In this document: piece by piece, positions 11,901 to 21,278 of the stretch
Numbering within the stretch: position 1 is the first letter of the stretch
Layout: each line of letters starts with the position of its first letter
Assembly: GCA_964632485.1 (NCBI GenBank)
Contig: CAZWDO010000023.1
Span: forward strand, 1-57,855
Length of the DNA stretch: 57,855 bases
Reading direction: 5' to 3'
DNA from: an uncultured bacterium
GTDB lineage: Bacteria > JAGOEH01
The notes under the pieces: generated by a model
What the model saw: the letters and a program-made list of their open reading frames with translations, nothing else
What the model was told of the DNA's origin: nothing
Databases searched by the model: none
Program-made: the position numbers and the translations under genes

Positions 11901-12632
11901 TTATTCGTGTCTGAAGACAACCTGCTCACCTTAGATCATTGGCATCATGCGGCTATAGCGTTGGATGCCCGTGATTCGCTTTTTTATCTTTATCTTGACG
12001 GCTCTCCGGTTCTCGCCATGAAGAATGAAAACCCGGATTTGGGTTTGAATTGGCTGATCGAAGATAGCGGAGTTGATATGGAACTGGGGGATCAGTTTCC
12101 CGGAACAATCGATGAATTACGTATCTGGAATTATGCGCGAAACGGGGAGCAGATCGCAGCCAGCATGTTTGAGAGGCTGACCGGATCCGAATCCGGGCTT
12201 GTCGGCTGCTGGCCCATGGATGAAGGGTGCGGCCAGTGGATTACCGATATTGCCGGTCAAGGCCTCTGGGGAGTCGTAAACAATCCGTCCTGGGTAGCAG
12301 GCGTTCCCTTGCATACATCCGGTTTAGGCGAGGTTGTTGAGACGAGCGACCGCGCTTCGCTTCAACTCTCTCCGGCATATCCCAATCCTTTCAATCCCCA
12401 CACGATGCTGGAATACCGCCTGCCGCGGGCCGCGGACACCCGGATAGAGGTTTTCAACATTATGGGACAGAAGGTGCGGGAATTGGTCAATGGCCGAAAA
12501 ATGGCGGGTGTTCATCGGGTAGTATGGGACGGGAACGACGATGCCGGCGCTTCGTTGGCTTCCGGCGTCTATCTTATGCGGCTGCGAGTAGGCGCGGAGG
12601 AGAGAATTCGTAAGGTAATGATGATGAAATGA
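8958..12632 (+). CDS. Secreted S8 (subtilisin-like) serine peptidase with PKD, LamG and C-terminal sorting/FlgD-Ig domain
   Basis: Catalytic motifs IVDLG, HGTHVAG, GTSMAS; WYWDFDNDG (PKD); IDELRIWN (LamG); C-terminal YPNPFNP...WDG...ASGVY. Confidence 0.9.
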   Translation: MKFRIRSQFSIFFILVIVWVGAVSTNGDHHQLFRRGMIHIKLRAEVQLSPLLKSGNTLGLASLDRRFSQYDIRQVEKTFIHRPIPTGSNLPDLTRIYTIYFPEEKDVERMAREFALDPSVEYAEPVILDRVFAMPDDSLYSSQYFFELIRAEEAWNVHRGESGDSVIVIGIVDLGVDWHHPDLIDNLYRNLGEDADGDGRVLEYIDSVWVFDPGDINSIDDDGNGYADDFIGWNFCASHDWDALPSNDPDDPQGHGTHVAGVAAGVTDNGKGISSISWNVKFLPTAHAIYLTEYDDYFMLDAYQGMVYLAENGADIINCSYGSSSESQVAKEALDYAAGLGSMVVASAGNEGSSSPQFPAAFLKAISVGGTNRDNQRIYFSNYGITVDINAPGTNILSSIPDGLYRSLSGTSMASPIVAGLLGLMKSRHPDWENRRLLARLLATAINIDSLNINYADQLGYGLIDAFRAISDTEAVLPQEYLLVWGSEVNLHAPGTDSLVALERGQLASLDFTVTNYRYYGDNEPVIFNLSCDYPGVDIIDGVHSAVIPGSAETAVTDAFRIRIRDDSEMGYASFKISVETSARIVQGGEFQCELLVAPEGFLVWEPVEGVTDCSGSFIRDFLLDQNLPVLYINKFPVSLTGFQGVFLSWGNKWRLYPLLYGPVTGFTLESCSELLEDYLAGGGSLFMDGDAIISNLNEFGNLASLLGISDIEQSPLGFFPDTLIGGTGSVCDGMLFPAMTCFSSYRTDLYLPGTGGSAALRVNDTTVVAIQGEGVYGQKTFCYSPPLSALLDGSYPSSRRLLLANVLQFFGFSPSPFADFRMESVENSLSSEVQFHDLSWIGPDSAHCVWYWDFDNDGHVDSNQRHPRWSYRLEGVYDVGLKINTGRDSAEYTQGNALYRSAAGAALKFNDASKPLYIATDSKLDLSPNLTVEFWLKIDSSFLQNSNNTALFSKQGALNLYLTEKCGINVSLNFEGGHSALFVSEDNLLTLDHWHHAAIALDARDSLFYLYLDGSPVLAMKNENPDLGLNWLIEDSGVDMELGDQFPGTIDELRIWNYARNGEQIAASMFERLTGSESGLVGCWPMDEGCGQWITDIAGQGLWGVVNNPSWVAGVPLHTSGLGEVVETSDRASLQLSPAYPNPFNPHTMLEYRLPRAADTRIEVFNIMGQKVRELVNGRKMAGVHRVVWDGNDDAGASLASGVYLMRLRVGAEERIRKVMMMK

Positions 12633-13015
12633 TGATGCGAATAAACAATTTTTCAGATCTGAAAAAATTATTACTGTTGGTAATCGGCGCGCTTTCTGCG
12701 GTATTGGGCATTGTTGGCATTTTTCTGCCATTACTGCCTACCACACCCTTCTTATTGCTGGCGGCTGTCTGTTTTACCCGCAGTTCCAGGAAAATGTACT
12801 CCTGGCTACTGACTAATTCCCTTTTTGGCGAACAATTTAGTGATTATCTGGTTTGCCGGGCGATATCGCCGCGATTGAAGGTCGGGTCGATTGCTTTCCT
12901 GTGGCTGGCGATGGGTTTGTCTATCCTCAAGATAACAAACTCATCCGTTCGCATCATACTGGTGTTGATCGCCATTTCAGTAACCATCCATCTCTGTTGT
13001 CTGAAAACTAAGTGA
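12629..13015 (+). CDS. ybaN: YbaN/DUF454 inner membrane protein
   Basis: GIVGIFLPLLPTTPFLLLAAVCFTRSS signature. Confidence 0.85.
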   Translation: MMMRINNFSDLKKLLLLVIGALSAVLGIVGIFLPLLPTTPFLLLAAVCFTRSSRKMYSWLLTNSLFGEQFSDYLVCRAISPRLKVGSIAFLWLAMGLSILKITNSSVRIILVLIAISVTIHLCCLKTK

Positions 13016-13290
13016 AAAAAAACCCATGTAATGATTGTTTATTGCGATCATAGCGTTGATAGCAGTATTCTGTTCCCTGGCGCTGAAAGCGGATGTACTG
13101 CAGCGCATTTTGGCCGTTGCTCCGCTTTACGGCTATCACCGTAATAAGAAGATTCATTCCGAATACCAGGTGGGAATGCCTAAAACAGTTTCGACCAAGG
13201 TGGCGGATACCAGACCGGCATTTCCCTGCAGATGGTTGTTGGCCGTTTTTACCTGACGGGATATCCCTTTCAGACAACAGGCCAGTTTAT

Positions 13291-13476
13291 ATGATTCGCG
13301 GTAAAGAATACGCCAAACGTATGGTGAATCTCTTTAATAGCTGGTACTCGCTCAAACTGGATGATGAGATCGCTAAATGCGTCAAATGCGGCGCATGCGA
13401 GCGCAAATGCACCCAAAACCTGCCTATTATGGAACGCTTTGAATTCTTTAATAAAGAGATTTTCGAGAAATCTTGA
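13291..13476 (+). pseudogene. C-terminal fragment of an aldo/keto reductase with 4Fe-4S tail
   Basis: CVKCGACERKCTQNLPIMER; no catalytic domain upstream. Confidence 0.6.
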
Positions 13477-13564
13477 ATCTATCGTTACCGGTTTTCTACC
13501 AGTTTTTCGATTGTTGCCGCAATAAGGTTTAAACGGGTTGCGTTTCAGTAAAGCAGTTGGGGGG

Positions 13565-13573
13565 TGATATAAT
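13565..13573 (+). promoter_or_regulatory. Extended -10 promoter element
   Basis: TG-A-TATAAT 23 nt before ATG 13597. Confidence 0.45.
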
Positions 13574-13596
13574 GTTTTGTTTTACGAGGAGTTGGT

Positions 13597-15642
13597 ATGA
13601 GTAATGAATCTGAATGTTGTTTTGAAAATGATCCGCTACTCTTGAGAAAGCGGATTGAATCCCTGAGTCGGGAGCTAAATGATTGTAAACGCGAATTGAA
13701 AAGATTGGAGTCGAATTCCTGCGGAATGGAGCGAAGCTCTGAAAATTCAGAGCGGGAAAGCGATGAAAAATATCATTTCATCGCCCAACATATTCAGGAA
13801 GTGGTTTACATTTTGGATCAGAATGGCCGAATTACGTTTTTGATCGGTAATATACAGAATCTCCTGGGCATATCGCCTGAAAAAATGAAAACCATGAACC
13901 CGGTGGAATTGATGGAGTATTTCAAGGTGCCGGAGGAGTATAAAAAATTAACATTCGACAAGTTCTATCAAGCGGTTGAAAATCGTGAACCGTCGGTGAA
14001 TTACCACTATCCGATTGAGTTGAACGGGGAATGGCGTTATTTCGAGAATCAGGAACAGTTGATCTACGACTCATCCGGCGCCTTGCTGGAGACGATCGGT
14101 GTGATTCGGGACGTTACCGAGCGCCAGAAAGCCATTGATGCGATCCGGGCTGAGAAAATGTTTTCGGATATGCTGATCGAAAGTTTGCCGGGTATATTCT
14201 ATATGTTTGACGCCAATTTCCGTCCGTTACGCTGGAATCGCAATAAGGCGCGTTTGCTGGGTTTGAGCGATGAAGAGATGAAAACCCATAATACGTTGAA
14301 TTTTATCGCTGATTCCGATAAAATGAAACTGGTAGAGTCATTTAAAAAGGTTATGATAGAAGGGGAGGCGGAAGAGATTGTCCGAATTATCGACCATCAA
14401 GGTCAGCAACACGCCTATCTGCTAACTGGTAAACGGCTCGATACCCCGGGTGGACCGTTACTGTTGGGGGTTGGCATCGATAACAGTGAGCAATTTCGCA
14501 TTCAGGAAGAATTGAAAGTTGCCAAGGAAAAGGCTGAAGAAAGCGACCGTTTAAAATCGGCCTTTTTAAACAATATTTCGCATGAATTCCGAACCCCCAT
14601 GAACGCTATCCTTGGGTTTGCCGAATTGCTATGCCAATCGAGCGCGTCTAAAGAAAACTGCGATTTTTATGCCTTCCGTATCCGGGAAAGTTGCATGCGA
14701 CTACTCGATATTGTTTCCGATATTGTCGAGATTTCCCAGATACAGAGCAATCCTCCGCCACTGATGGAGCATTCCGTCGATATAGAGGAAATGATACGTG
14801 AAATTATCGATCAGTTTACCCTGAAAGCCGATTCAAAATCTCTCCAACTGGATTTTGAGATTCAAAGTTCAGAAGGGAAACTAATGGTCAAGGCTGACCG
14901 CTACAAGCTGTTTCGCTCGGTGAAGCATTTGGTGCACAACGCGATAAAGTTCACTCCCCAAGGGTTCGTCAAGGTAGGTTGCTATTGCGATGGAAAATCG
15001 TTAGTTATCAGCGTCAAAGATAATGGAGTTGGTATCTCGCCGGAAATGCAGGCGCTGATTTTTCAACCGTTTAAGCAAATTAATGCCCTTGCGAGCCTGA
15101 ATAGCAGTGGAAACGGTATCGGCCTGGCACTGGTCAAGGCCTATATTGAACTGATGAATGGAAGAATTGAATTGGAGTCGGAACCTGGCAAGGGCTCCGT
15201 ATTCTCTATTTATGTGCCTGTGGAGGGCAAGCAACTGGTTCCGTCGATGCCGAATTTTAATACCCAGGAGACAAAAACGATCAGAAAAACTATTTTAGTG
15301 GTTGATGACGAGGAAATTAATTTTCTATATTTGGAATCTCTGCTCAAACCGCTGGGAGCTGAAATCCGATATGCCGCTAATGGGCAAGATGCCATCAGTT
15401 TTTTAGCAGAAGGCTTGAATGTGGACTTGGTGTTGATGGATATTCGCATGCCCGGACTTGACGGTTACCAGGTGACCCGTCGCATTAAGGAGCTATATCC
15501 CCGATTGCCAGTGATTGCGCAGACGGCTTATATTATGCGACAGGAGCTGAACCGGGTGATTGAAGGCGGGTTTGACGATTATATCGAAAAACCGATTGCC
15601 AAGGATCAACTTTTACGGGTAGTATCCCGATTTATAGTTTAA
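13597..15642 (+). CDS. PAS-PAS hybrid histidine kinase with C-terminal receiver
   Basis: FLNNISHEFRTPMNA, NAIKFT, DNGVG, GNGIGL; VVDDE/LMDIRMP receiver. Confidence 0.9.
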   Translation: MSNESECCFENDPLLLRKRIESLSRELNDCKRELKRLESNSCGMERSSENSERESDEKYHFIAQHIQEVVYILDQNGRITFLIGNIQNLLGISPEKMKTMNPVELMEYFKVPEEYKKLTFDKFYQAVENREPSVNYHYPIELNGEWRYFENQEQLIYDSSGALLETIGVIRDVTERQKAIDAIRAEKMFSDMLIESLPGIFYMFDANFRPLRWNRNKARLLGLSDEEMKTHNTLNFIADSDKMKLVESFKKVMIEGEAEEIVRIIDHQGQQHAYLLTGKRLDTPGGPLLLGVGIDNSEQFRIQEELKVAKEKAEESDRLKSAFLNNISHEFRTPMNAILGFAELLCQSSASKENCDFYAFRIRESCMRLLDIVSDIVEISQIQSNPPPLMEHSVDIEEMIREIIDQFTLKADSKSLQLDFEIQSSEGKLMVKADRYKLFRSVKHLVHNAIKFTPQGFVKVGCYCDGKSLVISVKDNGVGISPEMQALIFQPFKQINALASLNSSGNGIGLALVKAYIELMNGRIELESEPGKGSVFSIYVPVEGKQLVPSMPNFNTQETKTIRKTILVVDDEEINFLYLESLLKPLGAEIRYAANGQDAISFLAEGLNVDLVLMDIRMPGLDGYQVTRRIKELYPRLPVIAQTAYIMRQELNRVIEGGFDDYIEKPIAKDQLLRVVSRFIV

Positions 15643-15799
15643 AACGGAGAAATGGAGAATCTTTCGGACAGCGTTGCGGACAATCCAGTCAATGAGCGCG
15701 GTCATTGACGATTTGCGCTGCTGTTCTCACGTTGAATGGTTAGCTTAATATTGTGTTATATCCCCATTATTATTGGTGTCGAATCAAGGAGAAATTGTC

Positions 15800-17317
15800 A
15801 TGAAAATTGAAATCATGGATACCACGTTAAGAGATGGCGAACAGACACCGGGTCTCGCCTATACGGATATTGAAAAGCTGAACCTCGCGCAGTTCCTGCT
15901 TGAGGAAGTCCGGGTGGACCGCTTGGAAGCCGCCTCGGCCCGGGTGTCCAAAGGCGAGTTGTCGGCGGTTGAAAAGGTCGTTTCCTGGAGCGAAAACAAC
16001 GGTTACATCCATCGTATCGAAATCCTGGGATTTGTGGATAACGGCAAATCGATCGACTGGATACGCCATGCCGGGGCAAAAGTCGTAAATTTGCTGTGTA
16101 AGGGGTCGTTGCGTCATGTGCGCTTTCAGTTGAAAAAAACGCCCGAGGAGCATCTGGCGGATATCCGACGGGAGATCGCCTATGCTCATCAGCATCATAT
16201 CGGAGTGAATCTTTACCTCGAAACCTGGTCCAACGGGATGCAGGACTCCCCCGATTATGTGTTTCAATTCATGGACTCTTTGAGGAATGAGGGGATCATG
16301 CGCTTTATGCTTCCGGACACACTGGGCATCTTGAATCCACAGCAGGCCTACGAATATAGCAAAATGATGGTGGAACGTTATCCGGAGTTGAAATTCGATT
16401 ATCATGCCCATAACGATTATGATATGGCGGTTGCCAATTCCTTTATGGCTGTCAAGGCCGGCATCACCGGGTTGCATACCACGGTTAACGGTTTGGGGGA
16501 GAGAGCCGGCAACACTACTTTGTCCAGTATTGTCGGAGTGTTGACGGATCATTGTCAGGGCATTGAGATGCGGATCGATGAATCAAAATTGCATATTATC
16601 AGCAAGATAGTGGAAACTTTTTCCGGTATTCGTATTCCGAATAATAAGCCGATCATCGGTGAGAACGTTTTTACACAGACCTGCGGCGTTCATGCCGATG
16701 GCGACGAGAAGGCTGATCTTTATTGTAACAATTTGGCGCCTGAACGATTTGGACGGCTGCGAAAATATGCGCTGGGCAAGACTTCGGGAAAAGCCAGCAT
16801 TATCAAAAATCTTAGGGAACTGGGTATTCATTTGGATAACGAATCGATTGCTCGTGTTACGGAGCGGGTAGTGGAACTGGGTGATAAAAAAGAAAGCATC
16901 ACTACCGAGGATTTGCCCTTTATTGTATCCGACGTTTTGGGAACATTGGCTACTGGTAACAAAGTGAATTTGGTGAATTATTATATCTGTCATGCCCAGG
17001 AGCTGAGCCCGGTGGCGATGCTCAAGGTCGAGATCGACGGCAAGCTTTATGAAGAAACAGGCACAGGTGACGGACAATACGATGCGTTCATGAGGGCGCT
17101 TAGCAAAGTTTACCGCCATTTAGGCCGAAAATTGCCCGAATTGATCGATTATATCGTGACTATTCCCCCCGGTGGAAAGACCAACGCCTTGGTGGAAACT
17201 GTTATTACCTGGAAAAACGATAAAGAATTCAAGACGCGGGGATTGGATTCTGATCAGACCGCATCGGCCATTAAAGCGACCTTGAAGATGCTGAATATGA
17301 TTGATAAAGAGTATTAA
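15800..17317 (+). CDS. cimA: (R)-citramalate synthase (LeuA/CimA family)
   Basis: DTTLRDGEQ, HAHND, NGLGERAGN; GVHADG...LAPERFGR typical of Leptospira/Bacteroidetes CimA; C-terminal regulatory domain. Confidence 0.8.
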   Translation: MKIEIMDTTLRDGEQTPGLAYTDIEKLNLAQFLLEEVRVDRLEAASARVSKGELSAVEKVVSWSENNGYIHRIEILGFVDNGKSIDWIRHAGAKVVNLLCKGSLRHVRFQLKKTPEEHLADIRREIAYAHQHHIGVNLYLETWSNGMQDSPDYVFQFMDSLRNEGIMRFMLPDTLGILNPQQAYEYSKMMVERYPELKFDYHAHNDYDMAVANSFMAVKAGITGLHTTVNGLGERAGNTTLSSIVGVLTDHCQGIEMRIDESKLHIISKIVETFSGIRIPNNKPIIGENVFTQTCGVHADGDEKADLYCNNLAPERFGRLRKYALGKTSGKASIIKNLRELGIHLDNESIARVTERVVELGDKKESITTEDLPFIVSDVLGTLATGNKVNLVNYYICHAQELSPVAMLKVEIDGKLYEETGTGDGQYDAFMRALSKVYRHLGRKLPELIDYIVTIPPGGKTNALVETVITWKNDKEFKTRGLDSDQTASAIKATLKMLNMIDKEY

Positions 17318-17344
17318 TGCGCTTTGCGGTCGAAATCCACTCTT

Positions 17345-17386
17345 TTCCCCTCGCCCCCTTGGGGGAGAGGGTTGGGTGAGGGGGAG
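17345..17386. repeat. BoxC-like palindromic repeat, possibly also a terminator
   Basis: TTCCCCTCGCCCCCTTGGGGGAGAGGGTTGGGTGAGGGGGAG: GC-rich hairpin with pyrimidine-rich/purine-rich halves. Confidence 0.6.
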
Positions 17387-17441
17387 ATGAATGCCGGGTT
17401 AAGTCCGCTGTGGCACTTTTAAACGAAAGGCTTAAATAAAA

Positions 17442-18053
17442 ATGGTAGAATGGCTGATTAATAATCCGTTTATTTTTGGTGTGATAACTTTTATTTTAAT
17501 GCACGTAGATTGGTTTCTTACTATACTCCAGGAAACTGAAAGAAAAGAACACTATTTTAAGCATTATCAAAGCTATCCAATTAACACAATTGAAGGGAGT
17601 CCTTCTTTTCAGAAAGGAGTTGCAAAGCGACAACTGATAAATCCTAAGCATTTTATTGCCTCAGTTATAATTGGGACTGTTGTATCATTCGCTTTAATGC
17701 TAATTCCCCGCGCATTTAGCGCTTTATTTATTGGCTATATTTGGGGACTATTTATCATAGTTTGCGCTCAGCACTTGAATAATTTGTTCGGATACATAGC
17801 CAGTCGTAAAGGACTTCATGGAAAATTGTATTTGCATCAAAGAACTGCCTATTTAATACAATCTGGACGCTATTTTACAATTGCATTACTTCTCCTCACT
17901 TTATCGATTCTTTCAGGTTCTGAGATAATATTTGGAGTAACAATTGCAGGGTTCACTTCTGCTTTAAGACAAATCATTTGGTTGAGAAAAGTAGCTTTGA
18001 TTGATAAAAGTGATTTACCTCCAGGTTTAGGATTTCCACAAAATGAGAATTAA
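17442..18053 (+). CDS. Hypothetical membrane protein (AT-rich)
   Basis: 203-aa ORF with several hydrophobic segments. Confidence 0.7.
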   Translation: MVEWLINNPFIFGVITFILMHVDWFLTILQETERKEHYFKHYQSYPINTIEGSPSFQKGVAKRQLINPKHFIASVIIGTVVSFALMLIPRAFSALFIGYIWGLFIIVCAQHLNNLFGYIASRKGLHGKLYLHQRTAYLIQSGRYFTIALLLLTLSILSGSEIIFGVTIAGFTSALRQIIWLRKVALIDKSDLPPGLGFPQNEN

Positions 18054-18286
18054 ATACAGATTTGCAAGTTGATAAAATGTTCTACTTTAAGTACCCACTA
18101 CAAGATAAATCTATTTTAGCAAATCGTTTTGTGTTCTGCAAATACAACCGTGGACTGCTAACCGCTTTTATTCGGGCGTTTGCCGTGCTGAATAATCAAA
18201 AACAGGGGATTTCCGCCATAAAAACAAGTTTGTCCAACGTCAGTCGCTGATCCATACCGATTTTGATCAGCAAGAAAGGATATTCA

Positions 18287-18649
18287 ATGAAGGATATCAT
18301 CTCAAATGTAGAATTCGTAGCATACTGCGGCTTATACTGTGGCGCGTGTGGTTCATATCTGAAAGATCGTTGTCCAGGCTGTCACGACAACAGAAAAGCT
18401 TCATGGTGCAAAGTGCGAACCTGTTGTATTGAAAATGGTTATTCTTCCTGCGCTGACTGCCGGGAGTTCTCAAATCCTGGCGAATGCAAAAAGTACAATA
18501 ACTTTTTTTCCAAAATCATCGGCTTTGCGCTTCGTTCCGATCGAGCTGCCTGCATAATGCAAATTAAGGAAATAGGAATTCAGGGCCATGCCGACACCAT
18601 GTCAAAACAAAAAAAACAAACAATCAAGAAAAATTCCGCTCGACCATAA
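18287..18649 (+). CDS. DUF3795 Cys-rich protein
   Basis: AYCGLYCGAC...CPGC...CKVRTCC...CADC pattern; AAAGGA upstream. Confidence 0.8.
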   Translation: MKDIISNVEFVAYCGLYCGACGSYLKDRCPGCHDNRKASWCKVRTCCIENGYSSCADCREFSNPGECKKYNNFFSKIIGFALRSDRAACIMQIKEIGIQGHADTMSKQKKQTIKKNSARP

Positions 18650-18880
18650 CTTCTACTGATCAGCTTCTGTCGTCGGTGATGCGTAATGTTTGACCTAAAC
18701 TGAAAACCCTGATTTTAAGATTTACTTTTGTATTAATCAAAACTCATTCCACGATATTTATCAGGCTTGGCGATCACTGGCTATGCAATCATATTCCAGG
18801 GAGCTTCCATTTTTTAAAGTCCAGGTCAATTGTATGCCAGGAATTAACCATATTTTTAATGGAGAGGTAACTACATTATT

Positions 18881-20110
18881 ATGAAAAACCATACTTTAAA
18901 ATTGGTAGTACCTATTTTTTTATTATGTACCCTACTGCTATTTTGTAAAAATAACAAATCAGGAAGACCGACAATTCCCTTTACGCTCGATCATAACCGT
19001 ATGTTGGTGAGTGGTGAGATCCAGCGAAAGGATGGAAGTTGGAAAGAAACGGTACTTTGGGTAGATACCGGTAACCCGGATTTCTTTATGAGCGAAGAGC
19101 TGGCGATAGACCTTGGGATTACCCTGCCGGCGGATAGTTTGATACCCTCAAATGGGAAGCTGGAACTACCCTTACCTGATGGTGTTCGAATAGGGGGAGT
19201 CCAACTTAATTTTGATAGTGTCAAATGCTTTGTTGTCTATAAACCACGCTGGCTTTTTACAGCTTCTCACAATGATGCGAATATTCCTTCCAAGGTGTTG
19301 CAACATTACGATGTCGTCTTTGACTATCCTGCAAAAACAATGACGCTGTCTAATCCCGGGAACCTCCCGTTTATGGGTATTAGCGCGCCGGCTCGTATTC
19401 ATCCGGGAACAGGTATTGTACAAATTGACGGCGTCATGCTTAGTGATAGTCTAAGTTTTGCCATTGATATCGGCGCATCCTATTGTTTCGGTTCAAGCGA
19501 ATTTCTTACTTCATTCATGAACGCCTATCCGGATCAATTCTCTTGCCATGGAGCTGTCGGTTGCGCAAATATTTGGGGCTGGCTTCCAAATGAGGATAAC
19601 TGGACAATGGTTCGAATCCCGGAAATATCCTTTGGCGAGCTTGCTTTGAAAAATTTTGGGATGACAATTCCTCCGGATTATAATGATATGGGATTTGGTA
19701 TGATGGACTGGTACTCGCAAAAAACAGAACATCCTGTTGATGGGTTTTTGGGCCCCAATGCATGGGCTGATTATTCTGTCGGCATTGATTATTTGAATAG
19801 CAGAGTTTATGTTGACAAAAAGAGATCTTCAGATTACTATGATATGGATTTGGTAGGTTTAATATTAAGACCTGAAGCTGATAGTTCATTCAGTATATTA
19901 GGAGTGGCCGTTAAAGATGTAGTTCCTTTAGTAGATAATGTCAAATCCGGGGATCTGCTTTTACAAATTGATGATTTTATCGTAAAAGGTAAAACAATGG
20001 GTACTGTGATTGATGCATTAAGAGGCAAGCCCGGAGACATAAAGAATCTGCTTCTGGAGCGTGATGGAAATAAAATCTCAGTGAAAGCAAAAATTAATCG
20101 GATAATTTAA
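18881..20110 (+). CDS. Secreted aspartyl-protease-like protein with C-terminal PDZ domain
   Basis: Signal peptide; VDTG and IDIG motifs; GDLLLQIDD...LRGKPG PDZ. Confidence 0.7.
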   Translation: MKNHTLKLVVPIFLLCTLLLFCKNNKSGRPTIPFTLDHNRMLVSGEIQRKDGSWKETVLWVDTGNPDFFMSEELAIDLGITLPADSLIPSNGKLELPLPDGVRIGGVQLNFDSVKCFVVYKPRWLFTASHNDANIPSKVLQHYDVVFDYPAKTMTLSNPGNLPFMGISAPARIHPGTGIVQIDGVMLSDSLSFAIDIGASYCFGSSEFLTSFMNAYPDQFSCHGAVGCANIWGWLPNEDNWTMVRIPEISFGELALKNFGMTIPPDYNDMGFGMMDWYSQKTEHPVDGFLGPNAWADYSVGIDYLNSRVYVDKKRSSDYYDMDLVGLILRPEADSSFSILGVAVKDVVPLVDNVKSGDLLLQIDDFIVKGKTMGTVIDALRGKPGDIKNLLLERDGNKISVKAKINRII

Positions 20111-20119
20111 AAAGGAGGA

Positions 20120-20222
20120 ATGATCTTTGGCGAAATCAGGCAAAGCGGAATGAAGGGCGTGGTCATGATTACGAGAGAAAAGGTCTGGCTTGCCGATAAT
20201 CGGATGCTGGTAGAGCATGGTT
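20120..20222 (+). pseudogene. Possible fragment of a YoaP-type GNAT acetyltransferase
   Basis: EIRQSGMKGVVMITREKVWLADNRMLVEHG resembles an internal segment of that family (recalled, unverified). Confidence 0.3.
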
Positions 20223-20348
20223 CTCAATGGACGTTTTCTCAGCTATCACTACCTGTTGGAGAAGGAGCTTATGCCGCTTCTATTCGGAACAAATTAAAAT
20301 CCATATTAAATTGTCATAAACTTTGCTTCCCACTTCCCGCTGAATGCA

Positions 20349-20948
20349 GTGATATCTTTAACAGAGATTCTCCAGAAAGTTACAAACATGTTCTTTGTAT
20401 TTCTTTTCGTCATATTCACATTGAACGGATGCGCTTCCAAAGAGAAGAGCGTTCACTCAGGTATTGAGGAATATTTATCAAATCCAGTGGGGAAACTTCC
20501 AATGATGGAAGTTCCGGAATCCGGGGTTCCGGCTATTGTCAAATTGCATCTTCAGCATGGCGGCACCACATATAGTTTAAGATGGGGAGATTTATCGAAC
20601 GTAGCGTTGTATGTTGTTTCGTTATACCCTGATCTCGGGCTTATTCTACCTGGAAAGCGTATGGATGAAGCGATACTCTCCCAGTTCATTCAGGAAAACC
20701 GGGAACTTCTGGCTGACCCGCGATGTGTTGTCGGAACGTGGTTTAATCCTGAGGATGGGAATACCTATCTTGACGTGAGCGCCGTATTTTCAGATCGCGA
20801 CGTCGCAATTCAACTGGCGAAACTATACAATCAAATTGCGATCTGGGATTTAAAGAACGGCAAAGAGATTATAATCGGAGGAAGCGGCGCTCCCCCGAAT
20901 AATTTGCCGAAGGCTGGGGACCGTCTTCCCCAAAAGAACGTCAGGTAA
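20349..20948 (+). CDS. Hypothetical protein; start may be 20388 or 20502
   Basis: Open frame with conserved-looking GGTTYS, GTWFN...YLDVS, LAKLYNQIAIWDL...GGSG; lipobox-like LNGC in the long form. Confidence 0.7.
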   Translation: MISLTEILQKVTNMFFVFLFVIFTLNGCASKEKSVHSGIEEYLSNPVGKLPMMEVPESGVPAIVKLHLQHGGTTYSLRWGDLSNVALYVVSLYPDLGLILPGKRMDEAILSQFIQENRELLADPRCVVGTWFNPEDGNTYLDVSAVFSDRDVAIQLAKLYNQIAIWDLKNGKEIIIGGSGAPPNNLPKAGDRLPQKNVR

Positions 20949-20965
20949 CCCGGGATGGAGAGACT

Positions 20966-21262
20966 ATGACACAACGTATTCCAGCGGTCACTGATGCGCG
21001 GATGACGGGACTCAGTGAGGGAACTCCTCCGCTTCTGGGAGTATGTATCCTGGGTGGAAGACATCTTGTGAAATGGCTCCCGGTCTATGATGGCGAGCTT
21101 TTTGAGAGACTTCGACAACAGGTGAATTCAGGAGATATTATTCGTATCAGCACCCTGACTGAGTTGAGGGAATCAGAAGGCCGTCTCATCACCTATCTTA
21201 CTGATTTTTCAATGCCTCTGCCGGGAGTTGACAGCGCAGAGCAAGACGACGGTTCACATTAA
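20966..21262 (+). CDS. Small hypothetical protein coupled to 20349-20948
   Basis: GGAG RBS; 17 nt after the preceding stop; 98 aa. Confidence 0.65.
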   Translation: MTQRIPAVTDARMTGLSEGTPPLLGVCILGGRHLVKWLPVYDGELFERLRQQVNSGDIIRISTLTELRESEGRLITYLTDFSMPLPGVDSAEQDDGSH

Positions 21263-21278
21263 AACAAGGAAACCTATT

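Noticed and set aside
12617-12637. AATGATGATG repeated at the S8/ybaN junction
   Set aside because: Explained by Met codons and a stop/start overlap; no evidence of another function.
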